From positions 1-64,000 of IMG/VR virus record IMGVR_UViG_3300010355_001317: 64,000 nucleotides of DNA; one strand, 5' to 3'. Source of the stretch: a virus (lineage: Duplodnaviria; Heunggongvirae; Uroviricota; Caudoviricetes). Numbering within the stretch: position 1 is the first letter of the stretch; every line of letters begins with the position of its first letter. This document shows, in pieces, positions 1 through 8,881 of this stretch. The notes below the pieces were generated by a model, which was not told the DNA's origin, searched no databases, and was given only the letters and a program-made list of their open reading frames with translations. The position numbers and the translations under genes are program-made.

Positions 1-10
1 GATTGTCTCA

Positions 11-229
11 TTAATTCTTCTCCGTTATAGGTCGTTCAGATTCACCTTCTAGTATTACAGGGGCATCTGCTTTTAAGCTAATTACTAAATTTTTAGTTCT
101 AGAAACGAAATCCATTTCCCAACAAATATATTCTACATCTTGAAGCTTTTCACCCTTATCAGAAACAACATAAGTACCATCAATTGTACCATCAGAAATA
201 ACTTTTAATCTCATTTTAAAAACCTCCAA
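11..229 (-). CDS. hypothetical protein
   Basis: 72-aa ORF in the minus-strand gene tiling; no recognisable motif. Confidence 0.35.
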   Translation of the reverse strand: MEVFKMRLKVISDGTIDGTYVVSDKGEKLQDVEYICWEMDFVSRTKNLVISLKADAPVILEGESERPITEKN

Positions 230-408
230 TTATTTATATAGATTAAAAAAGAAGAATGTAAAGATACTAACCGAAATTTCTTTGGGCCAAGATCGGAACA
301 CTATCTCTATACCAATCGATCGTATTGATAGAGCCTCGGTGGCCACTCATTCTGGTGGAGTCCCCTTCCAAACATAAGCGTATCTCTAGGCCTTAGTACA
401 TTCTTCAT

Positions 409-500
409 TGGCAGTGTTGGGCCTCGAACCCAATGTATCCCAGAACGGACTCGAACCGCTTCTTCACCTCGTCAGGTGTGACAACCCAGTCTCACTGCCT
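409..500 (-). tRNA. tRNA-like gene, probably type II (extra stem-loop); isotype unresolved
   Basis: Minus-strand RNA shows a perfect 7-bp acceptor (GGCAGTG / CACTGCC, discriminator A), a T-arm TTGGG-TTCGAGG-CCCAA and an extra 7-bp stem with a TTCGAGT loop, about 91 nt in total. The anticodon arm is not canonical by eye. Confidence 0.45.
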
Positions 501-510
501 AATACCTATT

Positions 511-984
511 TTATTTATACCAATAGGGTGTTCCCCTATTCCCCCAATCTGCTAAATGTTGCTTTTCTTTCATATAATAATTTCTGTAACTTTCTACTGG
601 ATCATCTGTTTTGCAATAATCAGGCATTGCTAATGCAAATGGAGTTAATTCTTTATCTGGTAATGCTAATATAGTAACTGGTAATCCATATAATACTTTT
701 ACTGCACCATGATGAGTATGATTTGGATGATTAAATCTTAATCTCCATTCTTTCTGTAATTGTATTGTTAAACAATACAACCAAAAGAAATTTTTTCTAC
801 TTTCCATTACCCATTTAACACAAGGATGATTCTTATGCGTTATTTTATAACCTATATCCAGACCCGATAATCTACAGGCAGTAGAAATGATCTGAACAGA
901 TTCTGTTATCATTTTTACGAGATGACGGTTATTATGATATTGTGCACATTTCTCCAAATCATAATCTAATATAAATATATTCAT
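511..984 (-). CDS. hypothetical protein; weak resemblance to pyrimidine-dimer DNA glycosylase (T4 endoV/DenV-like)
   Basis: 157-aa ORF. C-terminal ...TPYWYK resembles the T4 endoV RPTWYKYYG tail and the N-terminus is loosely similar. Low-confidence eye alignment. Confidence 0.3.
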   Translation of the reverse strand: MNIFILDYDLEKCAQYHNNRHLVKMITESVQIISTACRLSGLDIGYKITHKNHPCVKWVMESRKNFFWLYCLTIQLQKEWRLRFNHPNHTHHGAVKVLYGLPVTILALPDKELTPFALAMPDYCKTDDPVESYRNYYMKEKQHLADWGNRGTPYWYK

Positions 985-1011
985 AATATATATCGAATAT
1001 AATTTAAATTC

Positions 1012-1257
1012 TTACTGCTTTTTAGTTAGATTTATAGAATTAGGATCGCACTCATATTTAAAAGAGCACATCCAAATTTCACCATTATAAGTGCAATCAC
1101 AATGATAATCACCTGGTTTTAATTTACAAGGAGCATGATTAATAGCATCTTGACATGCTTCTCTATCTGTATCTCCTTTGCCAGATTGAACACCAGCACC
1201 TATAGCAAAAAGAGAAATAGTAATTAAACTAAAAAGAATAGTAAGAGTTTTTTTCAT
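1012..1257 (-). CDS. small secreted cysteine-rich protein
   Basis: N-terminal signal peptide MKKTLTILFSLITISLFAIGAG followed by 8 Cys. Confidence 0.45.
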   Translation of the reverse strand: MKKTLTILFSLITISLFAIGAGVQSGKGDTDREACQDAINHAPCKLKPGDYHCDCTYNGEIWMCSFKYECDPNSINLTKKQ

Positions 1258-1262
1258 ATAAT

Positions 1263-1655
1263 TTACTCCATTATTTTAATTTGATTAATTAGAATAGGAA
1301 AAGGTATTACTTTTGCTTGAATATTTTCTTGTATAAATAGCTGAAGCATATTTTCTGCACCAACAGGATTTTGTGTATGAATAATGATTTGTGTGTTTTT
1401 AATATCCTCAGATCTATACGTAGTAAGAAATCTAACAAATTGATAACCAGTATTCCAGAAATCCGAATCTACATAAATCTCACCGCCAAGATCGTGATCT
1501 AAAAGAATAGAATCAAAAGGTCTATTTTTATCAAACTTTTCTTTTGCTTCTTTTACATCTATAGCATGAATTATAGTATGATCTTTAAGAATAGATTTGA
1601 ATGCTATCATTCTATCAGGATTATCTTCTAATATAAATATTTTCATTTGCAACAC
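1263..1655 (-). CDS. stand-alone response-regulator receiver (CheY-like REC) domain protein
   Basis: KIFILEDNPDRM acidic pocket, phospho-acceptor-like Asp in SILLDHDLGG, and a conserved Lys region IIIHTQNP. 130 aa with no output domain. Confidence 0.55.
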   Translation of the reverse strand: MLQMKIFILEDNPDRMIAFKSILKDHTIIHAIDVKEAKEKFDKNRPFDSILLDHDLGGEIYVDSDFWNTGYQFVRFLTTYRSEDIKNTQIIIHTQNPVGAENMLQLFIQENIQAKVIPFPILINQIKIME

Positions 1656-1852
1656 TTTTTTATTTTATTTTTACTTCTATTATATCTAGCATACTCTTCT
1701 TTCCAAAATTCTGTATATGTTAGTGTATCGGGATTCCAGATAGCATCTGCTATTTCTTCAGTTGAAGTAGGAATAGATTCTTCATTATATTCTACACCAC
1801 AATATCTGCATTTACTATCTTGTAAGTGTGCACCACAAGATTTGCATCTCAT
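1643..1852 (-). CDS. zinc-ribbon protein
   Basis: CKSCGAHL...CRYCG pair of CxxC motifs; 69 aa. Confidence 0.4.
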   Translation of the reverse strand: MRCKSCGAHLQDSKCRYCGVEYNEESIPTSTEEIADAIWNPDTLTYTEFWKEEYARYNRSKNKIKKCCK

Positions 1853-2035
1853 ATTTAATTACCTTTTACTTCTATATTTTCTATTTAATTCAATAATCTT
1901 ATCTTTCATTTTATCTGAATAAGATTCTTGTGTCAACATATTATTCAAAAAATCTGATTCCCAATTATTGAATTTTTCGGAATATAATTCAATTAAAGAT
2001 TCTACTATTGCATGATGATTTATTTCTTTCATATT

Positions 2036-2233
2036 TTACTCACAAAATATTTTACAAAGTAAAACTATAATCCAAAAAATAAAAGCTATACCAGCAAATG
2101 CTATCCCAGTTAAATAGGATAGAATTATAATCATTGTTTCCATCTCATGACCGCAGGAATCTCTCCAGAAAGCAAATACTATAAATATTATAGAAATTAG
2201 TGTTAAGATAATAGTTGTTATTAATAATATCAT
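2036..2233 (-). CDS. small membrane protein
   Basis: two hydrophobic helices. Confidence 0.4.
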   Translation of the reverse strand: MILLITTIILTLISIIFIVFAFWRDSCGHEMETMIIILSYLTGIAFAGIAFIFWIIVLLCKIFCE

Positions 2234-2238
2234 TTCTA

Positions 2239-2544
2239 TTATCTAGTTTCTTTTTGTAAAGGCTGAGAACAAAGTTCATTTCTAATTTCTCTTAAGTTTT
2301 TGCATAATACTTCTACAGTATAATAAAGAGTATTTAATCTATCTTGTAGTTCTAATAAATCACCTTTAGAAGCATAACATTTTTTTGTATCTGTGTTATC
2401 ATCAGAAGACATAGGTTTGGGTTCAACTACAGAATTCTGAATATCAGTAACAAGAGTTTCACACCCAAGTATTACTTCAGAAATTTGTTTTGTCTTAAAA
2501 TGTAATTTTGAAACTAAAGGTTCGGTAGTCGTGTTTGTATTCAT
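2239..2544 (-). CDS. hypothetical protein
   Basis: 101-aa ORF preceded by an AAAGGAG RBS. Confidence 0.4.
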   Translation of the reverse strand: MNTNTTTEPLVSKLHFKTKQISEVILGCETLVTDIQNSVVEPKPMSSDDNTDTKKCYASKGDLLELQDRLNTLYYTVEVLCKNLREIRNELCSQPLQKETR

Positions 2545-2657
2545 TTAAAATCTCCTTTATTTTTTATTCATATAAATCCAACCATCAATAACCCATTGAC
2601 AATATTTCTCATGGTCTTTACCATACCATCCACAAGAATATGGATGCTGTGATTCAA

Positions 2658-3533
2658 TTAAGACTCAATAAATCTCCAATGAAATCCGCCACACACTTCT
2701 CTTTTTCCTCTACAGCATTTTGCAATATTGTGCCCATCTACTTTATATTTTCTTTCTGCTTCTGAAATAGAATTAAATATTTCTAATGTTTCAATATTTT
2801 GAACAGCCATTGAATTTTTTGGTATAAGTCCTTTATGACTTTCACTTAAACTTTTTCTATGTTCATCCGAAAGTTTCTTTCCTGTTAACGCTTTAGATAT
2901 TTTTTGATTATGTTCACTAGAATATTTTCTTCCTTTAAATGAATTACTTTTCTTCTTTCTAGTATCTTCTGAATCTTTTCTTCCTTTTGCTGCTTCACCT
3001 ATTCGTTTTTTCGTTTCAGGACTATGCGGCATACTATGTCTTATTTTACCTAAAGCTGCTTTTCTTAATCTTTCTCTAACTAAAGGATCTTTACTAATTT
3101 CTTGTATACGAATTGAAATTTTTTGTTTCGTTTCTTCCGATAGTATCTTTCCTGAAGGACCTTCACCACCATCTGTTAAATTACAAAGAGGACCTTTACC
3201 TAAATCAAATCTACCAATACTTGCAATAACGTTCTTTTCTAGAAGATAAGCATCTTTTTCTAAGAGATTTTCTTTTAATTTAAAAATTAAAGGTACTAGC
3301 TTACAATCTGTGATTTTCTTTATAATTCGTTCTTTAAATGGATTGTACCCGCAAAATACTAATCCATCTTCTGCACGAGAACCGCATCCTTTTCCTACAT
3401 AAAAAGGAAGATACTCAAATATTTCATCATAATCTAACCCTAGATTACGTAATTTTGGGTATATAAAGTTACCTTGTTTTCTAGTATCCAAGTAAATATA
3501 TACATAATATCTTTTATCTTCTAAAAGAAGCAT
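2658..3533 (-). CDS. GIY-YIG homing endonuclease (I-TevI-like) with NUMOD3 repeats
   Basis: N-terminal YVYIYLD...FYVGKG GIY-YIG module. Four NUMOD3-like repeats (SEETKQKIS, SPETKKRIGEAAKG, SSEHNQKISKALTG, SDEHRKSLSESHKG) and a C-terminal HTH-like tail. Free-standing between non-coding flanks. Confidence 0.85.
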   Translation of the reverse strand: MLLLEDKRYYVYIYLDTRKQGNFIYPKLRNLGLDYDEIFEYLPFYVGKGCGSRAEDGLVFCGYNPFKERIIKKITDCKLVPLIFKLKENLLEKDAYLLEKNVIASIGRFDLGKGPLCNLTDGGEGPSGKILSEETKQKISIRIQEISKDPLVRERLRKAALGKIRHSMPHSPETKKRIGEAAKGRKDSEDTRKKKSNSFKGRKYSSEHNQKISKALTGKKLSDEHRKSLSESHKGLIPKNSMAVQNIETLEIFNSISEAERKYKVDGHNIAKCCRGKREVCGGFHWRFIES

Positions 3534-3789
3534 TTCTATTTTCTTTTACTTTTATCTGCTTTTATCTTTTTTATTCAATCTTATATAAGGAATCTTCTGT
3601 AAAGCACAAGTAATCATAATAGCTTGTGCTTCTTTGGAATTATCGTTTTTTAATAAAACGAATCCTTTATATCCTCTCAAGTCAACCATTTTTTTTTATC
3701 TTCTTTCGAAAAGAGTTGTATACAAGAAATATATATAAATACAAATACTGCTACAAGAATTAAAAGAGGAAATACTAAATCTTTCTTTT

Positions 3790-4014
3790 TCATAAAATTT
3801 CTTTTCTATCTTCACACATACCAATTGTGAAAAATCCTAAATGAATATAATAAATAGGTCCGTCATACCAATCTTTTACAAAACCAAATTTCCATTTTTT
3901 ATTAGATATGATACCTATACAAAGATACCATTGATACTTCTTTCCTGTATCTGAAATTGTTTTTTCTGTTTTGATATTAAATAGATTCATTTTAAAAAAT
4001 GAAATTAAGTACAA
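3790..4014 (-). CDS. hypothetical protein
   Basis: 74-aa ORF in tiling. Confidence 0.3.
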   Translation of the reverse strand: MYLISFFKMNLFNIKTEKTISDTGKKYQWYLCIGIISNKKWKFGFVKDWYDGPIYYIHLGFFTIGMCEDRKEIL

Positions 4015-4231
4015 TGTACATACTAGTTAAAATAAAACCTATGCTAAATCCTATTAAAAACTTCTTTTTAGAAGACAACTTATCCAATCTAGAAAACATC
4101 CGAGAAAAATCATAATGTTCATAATCATCTTTTTTTACGTACTCCAGAAATTCTTTTATTGTATCTTTGTCTAACTCAAATGGAATTTTATTTAGTAATT
4201 TCATCTTTTTTGAACCACTGATATAAACCAA
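3992..4231 (-). CDS. hypothetical membrane-anchored protein
   Basis: C-terminal hydrophobic segment. Confidence 0.35.
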   Translation of the reverse strand: MVYISGSKKMKLLNKIPFELDKDTIKEFLEYVKKDDYEHYDFSRMFSRLDKLSSKKKFLIGFSIGFILTSMYIVLNFIF

Positions 4232-4409
4232 CTATACTTGTTATACTATAAATAGAAAATAGCACAACTTGAGGATAATCTTCTTTGTAAATGCCTATAA
4301 TACAATATCCTATATTACCTACTAACCATAATACATAGCTGTAGCGATTTTTAAATACGTTAAGAACAGATCCTAATATGTTAATTCCTACAAATATCCA
4401 ACTTAACAT
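4188..4409 (-). CDS. small W-rich membrane protein, PnuC-repeat-like
   Basis: WLVGNIGY...IVGLYQWFK resembles one 3-TM repeat of the PnuC nicotinamide-riboside transporter. Paralog of 9700..9939. Confidence 0.35.
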   Translation of the reverse strand: MLSWIFVGINILGSVLNVFKNRYSYVLWLVGNIGYCIIGIYKEDYPQVVLFSIYSITSIVGLYQWFKKDEITK

Positions 4410-4624
4410 TCTTCTTCTTTTTCTTCTTCCACCTTATTTTCTAAGCCTTCAACAATAGTCTGCTTCGTAAAAGATAATCCAATCATAGCCCTATAAAATA
4501 GATCCACAAATTCACTGATAGGTGCATCAGAATTTACATTTGTAGTAACAATCTCTACTGAACAAACATTATCTCTATCTACCTCAGCAAAGATATCTGT
4601 TGCTTCGACTCTAATTTTAATCAT
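4403..4624 (-). CDS. hypothetical protein
   Basis: 73-aa ORF with an acidic C-terminus. Confidence 0.35.
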   Translation of the reverse strand: MIKIRVEATDIFAEVDRDNVCSVEIVTTNVNSDAPISEFVDLFYRAMIGLSFTKQTIVEGLENKVEEEKEEEC

Positions 4625-4730
4625 TACTATTCTCCTTTTTATTTAATCTATAGATGTTGCAAATAAAATAGCAAGTAATAAAAATATAACTAGTAATATA
4701 CCGATTATAATATAATATATAATATTCATA

Positions 4731-5090
4731 TTAATTACCTTTACGAAATACAATAATATCTGTTAAAATATATAAGGATATAAGATTAAGTAATCCTATA
4801 CCACCTAATATAATAGAAGATATTATATTAGATAGTGCTAATTCATAAAATACTGCACCTATCCAAAAGACAACACTAAAACTATTTAAAGCTATCAGAT
4901 TATATGCCATATCTTTTTTTTCTGCTAAGGGCATTGAGACGATATTTATAATACATATAAATATAATTAATATTTGCATCATAATATTTGTTTTTGTCAG
5001 ACAAACGAAACCTATTATAGACGCAAGACCATTCATAAAACATAAGGTAATTAAGGTATCTTTAACTTTCATTCTTCGTCCTCCCAACAC
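4731..5090 (-). CDS. multi-pass membrane protein
   Basis: 4 predicted TM helices. Confidence 0.4.
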   Translation of the reverse strand: MLGGRRMKVKDTLITLCFMNGLASIIGFVCLTKTNIMMQILIIFICIINIVSMPLAEKKDMAYNLIALNSFSVVFWIGAVFYELALSNIISSIILGGIGLLNLISLYILTDIIVFRKGN

Positions 5091-5282
5091 CAGTCTTCTG
5101 GAATCAAATCATCTATTTTACAATATACTCTTCCTATATCTTTTACTTCTTCTGTGTGTGCAAATCTCAGTAAATGAGAGAATAAAGCATCTTGTATAAT
5201 AAATAATTCTTCTTTAGTTAAAGTGATAATAATTTCTCTTTCCATAATAAATGATCCTGGTGTAAATATAAGTAATAATTAC

Positions 5283-5726
5283 TTAACCACAATTAGAACA
5301 TTGCACCTTTCCTGGTCTAACTACTTCCATTGTTTTCTTTCCGCATTCAGGGCATCTTTTAAGCCAGATATTTTCTCCATCTGTAATAACTTGAGCACTT
5401 TCTGTAGTTGTTTTCCATTTTAATAATTCATCTAAATCATAAAAAACAGGAATATTATTTTTCTTTGCAAACTTAACTTCTATATCTGCACCCTTGGATT
5501 TACCAGGCAGTCTTAAAAGACAATCGCATTGTTTCAACCATTCTAAATCTAACCGCATGCAAGTATTATAATCTTTAGGGTTCATAATATGTTGAAAATG
5601 TAGTAGTAATGGACAAAAGGGTGCAAATCCAAGATCTATTAATTTATCTGCACATCTCATAGAATTCCCTACATTTATACCCATATCACCCTTACTGTAA
5701 GGTGATGCTATATATACTTTTATCAT
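5283..5726 (-). CDS. nucleoside 2-deoxyribosyltransferase-fold protein (DUF4406/DNPH1-like) with C-terminal zinc ribbon
   Basis: N-terminal KVYIASPYSKGD Rossmann start typical of the NDT/DUF4406 fold. C-terminal CPECG...CSNCG. Confidence 0.5.
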   Translation of the reverse strand: MIKVYIASPYSKGDMGINVGNSMRCADKLIDLGFAPFCPLLLHFQHIMNPKDYNTCMRLDLEWLKQCDCLLRLPGKSKGADIEVKFAKKNNIPVFYDLDELLKWKTTTESAQVITDGENIWLKRCPECGKKTMEVVRPGKVQCSNCG

Positions 5727-5784
5727 TTATTATAACTCCATTTCACATACTATTTCTTTCTTTAAACTGAACAGATAAGTTCAA

Positions 5785-6033
5785 TCATATCGAGCCGTTT
5801 TCTTCTTTTCGTTTTTCTTCATATTCAGCTAAAATAGATCTTTCTATTTCAGTTGCACATTGGCGTAATTCGCCAATAAAGTTCTTATAATTATTATATG
5901 ATGGTTTAATAAAATACTTACAAAATTTAAATAAGATATAATTTAAATCACCATCTGCTTTTATCTCTGCTTTTGCAAGATCCACTACAATATGTTCTAG
6001 CTCTGTTCTTCTTGATTGTTTAATATAAGGCAT
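5785..6033 (-). CDS. hypothetical protein
   Basis: 82-aa ORF. Confidence 0.35.
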   Translation of the reverse strand: MPYIKQSRRTELEHIVVDLAKAEIKADGDLNYILFKFCKYFIKPSYNNYKNFIGELRQCATEIERSILAEYEEKRKEENGSI

Positions 6034-6049
6034 TATTTATCTCCATATA

Positions 6050-6607
6050 CTAATTTATTTTAAGCCAACCATCTTCCTCAAATTTCTTAATTCTTTCTTC
6101 ATTTCTATCCATAAAATAGTTTGATTCTGTAGTATGTATCATAAATATTTTTCTTTGTATAAATTTGGAAGCACCGGGAATCACTTCAATAATACCACAA
6201 TATGGATGATACGCCATACCTGAAATATTTACATCTACATGATTTACTACATCGAATAGTTGTATTAATGGGCTATAATATTTTTCTGGTTCTTTTAGAA
6301 ACATAGCATCTAGTACTTTTACTCCTCTATATCTATACCCATTTCCTTTAAGAAATTTCGATTCTGTTAAACTAGATGCAGAGCAATGTTCTAAGTTTGG
6401 AAAAACATTTCTAAGATCACCAGGAAATTCCAGAAAGATAATATCAAAATCTTTACAAGAATCTTTATCTAATAAACTATCCCTTACTGCACCACCAAAT
6501 AATAAGAAATTAAGATTTGCATCTGCAAGTTTATTTAGATTAATACCTAACTGTCTTTCATATTGATGAATTCTTTCTATAGCTGCATCATTTTTAATAA
6601 ATATCAT
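6050..6607 (-). CDS. minimal Pol-beta-superfamily nucleotidyltransferase (CCA-adding/poly(A)-polymerase head-domain-like)
   Basis: LLFGGAVRDSLL followed by DFDIIF matches the GGAVRD ... DxD head-domain signature of class II tRNA nucleotidyltransferases. 185 aa. Confidence 0.5.
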   Translation of the reverse strand: MIFIKNDAAIERIHQYERQLGINLNKLADANLNFLLFGGAVRDSLLDKDSCKDFDIIFLEFPGDLRNVFPNLEHCSASSLTESKFLKGNGYRYRGVKVLDAMFLKEPEKYYSPLIQLFDVVNHVDVNISGMAYHPYCGIIEVIPGASKFIQRKIFMIHTTESNYFMDRNEERIKKFEEDGWLKIN

Positions 6608-6625
6608 TATTATAGCATCCTTATC

Positions 6626-6868
6626 TCAATTACAAAAAAATATACTAAAACAAAAATATAATAATATTAGAAGATAAATACTAAGAACAATTAATACAAA
6701 AATACCAATAGTAATAATTCCACTTAACCAATAATCTGTATAATCATTACAAAATACTAATATCAATGAGGAGTTTAAATATCTTGTTTGTATTCTTCCA
6801 ATTATATAAGGAAAGACTACGACTCCTAGAATAACTCCTATAGTTAATAGTAATGCTTGTATGCACAT
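6626..6868 (-). CDS. small membrane protein
   Basis: two TM helices. Confidence 0.35.
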   Translation of the reverse strand: MCIQALLLTIGVILGVVVFPYIIGRIQTRYLNSSLILVFCNDYTDYWLSGIITIGIFVLIVLSIYLLILLYFCFSIFFCN

Positions 6869-6877
6869 AGATTCCTC

Positions 6878-7591
6878 TTAATACTTTTCTAGATATAATT
6901 CTTTTGTATATTTATCATAAACTTGTTTCATTTCATATGCAATTCTTTTATATTTACAATGCAAAGCAAGTTTTCCTGTAAATAGCCTTCTAATAAATTC
7001 CTTAAAGGTTCTTCCATAAAAGAATCCAACACTTCCAAGACCTAGATCAATTAAGAAAGCATGTATTTCATCCCACCAAACAGTTTTATCATATTGCTTA
7101 TAAGTTAAAACTTTAAACATTGGAGAGAAATCTAATTTATATGTTCTAGTATACTTATTTGCTATTCTTCTTATCTCTGAGTTATAATTTCTATTTAGAT
7201 AATATAAAGCATGTGCAATCTCATGATCAATAGCGCTATATTTAGCTTTATCAGATTCAAAAGTAGCTATAATATAAAAATCATTCATTAATTGCTGATT
7301 ATTTTGTTGAACAATTTTTATAATTTTAAGTTCATCTAATGAAAAATTTACAGAATATCTTTCATGAAATTTTCTACAAACTTCACCTGGAATATTATGC
7401 CCCAATACTATTGAATAATAATTAGGAATATATTTTAAGATATCTGTTGTCTCAAATAATCTATTTTTGTAGATAGGGGATTCATTAAATTCACTAAATC
7501 TCATGAAGGTTCTATTCATAGATTCTTGATCTTCAAATATAAAATGAAAAACTCTTTTGTTATCTTTAGTTCTATAAGTTTTATATCTCAT
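6878..7591 (-). CDS. hypothetical protein with HExxH motif (possible metallopeptidase)
   Basis: SAIDHEIAHALYY HExxH, with a second DEIHAF downstream. Confidence 0.4.
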   Translation of the reverse strand: MRYKTYRTKDNKRVFHFIFEDQESMNRTFMRFSEFNESPIYKNRLFETTDILKYIPNYYSIVLGHNIPGEVCRKFHERYSVNFSLDELKIIKIVQQNNQQLMNDFYIIATFESDKAKYSAIDHEIAHALYYLNRNYNSEIRRIANKYTRTYKLDFSPMFKVLTYKQYDKTVWWDEIHAFLIDLGLGSVGFFYGRTFKEFIRRLFTGKLALHCKYKRIAYEMKQVYDKYTKELYLEKY

Positions 7592-7613
7592 TTTTATTGC
7601 CTCTTAACATTAG

Positions 7614-7964
7614 TTAAATTGCTTCTTTTTCAGATAAAATTAATTCAGAAGAATCTTCAAATACAACTTTTTTAATTTTGTATTCTTTCATTATCTTTAT
7701 ACAATTCTCACAGCAATAAGTATGTCCTATTAAGTATAATGTTCCATCTATTGCTTCATCACCTGCATTAATACAAGCATCTACTTCTGCGTGATTTTTT
7801 TGTTTGCAAATATCTTTGCATAACTCATATCCTTGTCCAGAAGGTAGATCTTTTCTTGGACACTCTTTTTGAGGATTAGCACACCAATTAGATCCACAAA
7901 TCAGTTTGGAATTCAAAGTTAAGATATACGCAGTTACTTCTTGTTTAGCACATTTACCTTTCAT
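7614..7964 (-). CDS. CMP/dCMP-type deaminase (dCMP deaminase-like)
   Basis: HAEVDAINAG ... CCENC zinc-binding signature (H-A-E ... C-x2-C). Confidence 0.6.
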   Translation of the reverse strand: MKGKCAKQEVTAYILTLNSKLICGSNWCANPQKECPRKDLPSGQGYELCKDICKQKNHAEVDACINAGDEAIDGTLYLIGHTYCCENCIKIMKEYKIKKVVFEDSSELILSEKEAI

Positions 7965-7966
7965 AA

Positions 7967-8269
7967 TTACTTATATAAAAAGTTATCTTCTGTCACCCAA
8001 TATTTTCTTTCTTTTGGAGAAAATTTTCTTAGTAAAGAAAAATAAAAAATAGTTCCTAATATATAAAACCTAATATTTTCCGTTTTTAATCTACTAAGAA
8101 ATTTATAAGCATCACCTGAACATAATCCTGGGCATTCACAGCATATTCTACCGCATTCCGGACAAAAAGTATCATAATCATATTGAACTAGATTATAACT
8201 TATTCTTAGATAAGTAAGAATCTTATAATTAGAATGATCTATATGATTTTTAGTTAAAAAAGGATTCAT
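7967..8269 (-). CDS. cysteine-rich small protein
   Basis: CPECGRICCECPGLC cluster. Confidence 0.35.
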   Translation of the reverse strand: MNPFLTKNHIDHSNYKILTYLRISYNLVQYDYDTFCPECGRICCECPGLCSGDAYKFLSRLKTENIRFYILGTIFYFSLLRKFSPKERKYWVTEDNFLYK

Positions 8270-8280
8270 ATTTTTATTAC

Positions 8281-8610
8281 CTAAACTGAAATAATATCTT
8301 CAATATATAAGTAGTCTGCTAAATACACTTGATCTGGACTTTTTTCTTTCTTAACTATTTTTTTACATTTACATTTAGCAATAGCTTTGTATTCTGTATT
8401 TTTGAATTTCTTAAGGTATTCTCTGCATAGTTCAGGTGAAGGAATTATATGCCAACCTGACATATATTCAGATCCAATACCATCCCTTACCATCTTCTTT
8501 TCTGCTTTAAGCCATTTTTTTATTGGTATTGTTTTACTTCCTTCTAATCCGTGAAATAATGTTTTTGCATTTCCATTCTGAAAATCAATTATTTTATACC
8601 AATACTTCAT
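8281..8610 (-). CDS. hypothetical protein
   Basis: 109-aa ORF. Confidence 0.4.
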   Translation of the reverse strand: MKYWYKIIDFQNGNAKTLFHGLEGSKTIPIKKWLKAEKKMVRDGIGSEYMSGWHIIPSPELCREYLKKFKNTEYKAIAKCKCKKIVKKEKSPDQVYLADYLYIEDIISV

Positions 8611-8639
8611 CTAAGTCTCCTTTTTTATATTAAAAAATG

Positions 8640-8803
8640 CAGTACAGACGGATACTGGTGTACACCGAGCGAATATAACCTTTAGCCGATTTCTGCTTCA
8701 CCGTCACGGCATCGTATGATCTCTTCCACTGAAGGAGGGTGTAACTTCGAGCCTACCTTATTAGAAGCTATATCTCAAATTTAATGAGCTCCGTCTGTAC
8801 TGC
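8640..8803. ncRNA. structured non-coding element closed by a 14-bp long-range helix, adjacent to tRNA-Met
   Basis: GCAGTACAGACGGA at 8640 pairs with TCCGTCTGTACTGC at about 8790, enclosing about 135 nt. Internal hairpins include GGTGTACACC and CTTCCACTGAAG. GC content is above local background and there is no ORF. Confidence 0.25.
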
Positions 8804-8876
8804 ATTAGCGGGTGTGAGAGTCGAACTCACCTAAGAAGGGTATGAACCTTCTGACTGTCCGCTAGTCTAACCCGCG
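8804..8876 (-). tRNA. tRNA-Met (CAT anticodon; initiator/elongator/Ile2 not distinguishable)
   Basis: Minus-strand cloverleaf. D-stem GACT/AGTC with a GG loop, anticodon arm GAAGG-TTCATAC-CCTTC (anticodon CAT), T-arm GTGAG-TTCGACT-CTCAC. Acceptor has 6 bp with a 1:72 mismatch. Confidence 0.75.
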
Positions 8877-8881
8877 ATATA

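Noticed and set aside
408-674. Plus-strand ORF overlapping the tRNA-like gene and 511..984
   Set aside because: It overlaps a tRNA-like structure and a better-supported minus-strand gene. It was treated as an antisense artefact, as were the other overlapping plus-strand ORFs at 1647..1922, 9799..10056, 10648..10971, 18789..19016, 25509..25829, 45218..45977, 46120..46371, 57470..57754 and 62905..63270.
511-984. Firm call as T4 endonuclease V (DenV)
   Set aside because: Similarity is limited to short N- and C-terminal stretches by eye. It was kept only as a weak annotation pending an HMM search.
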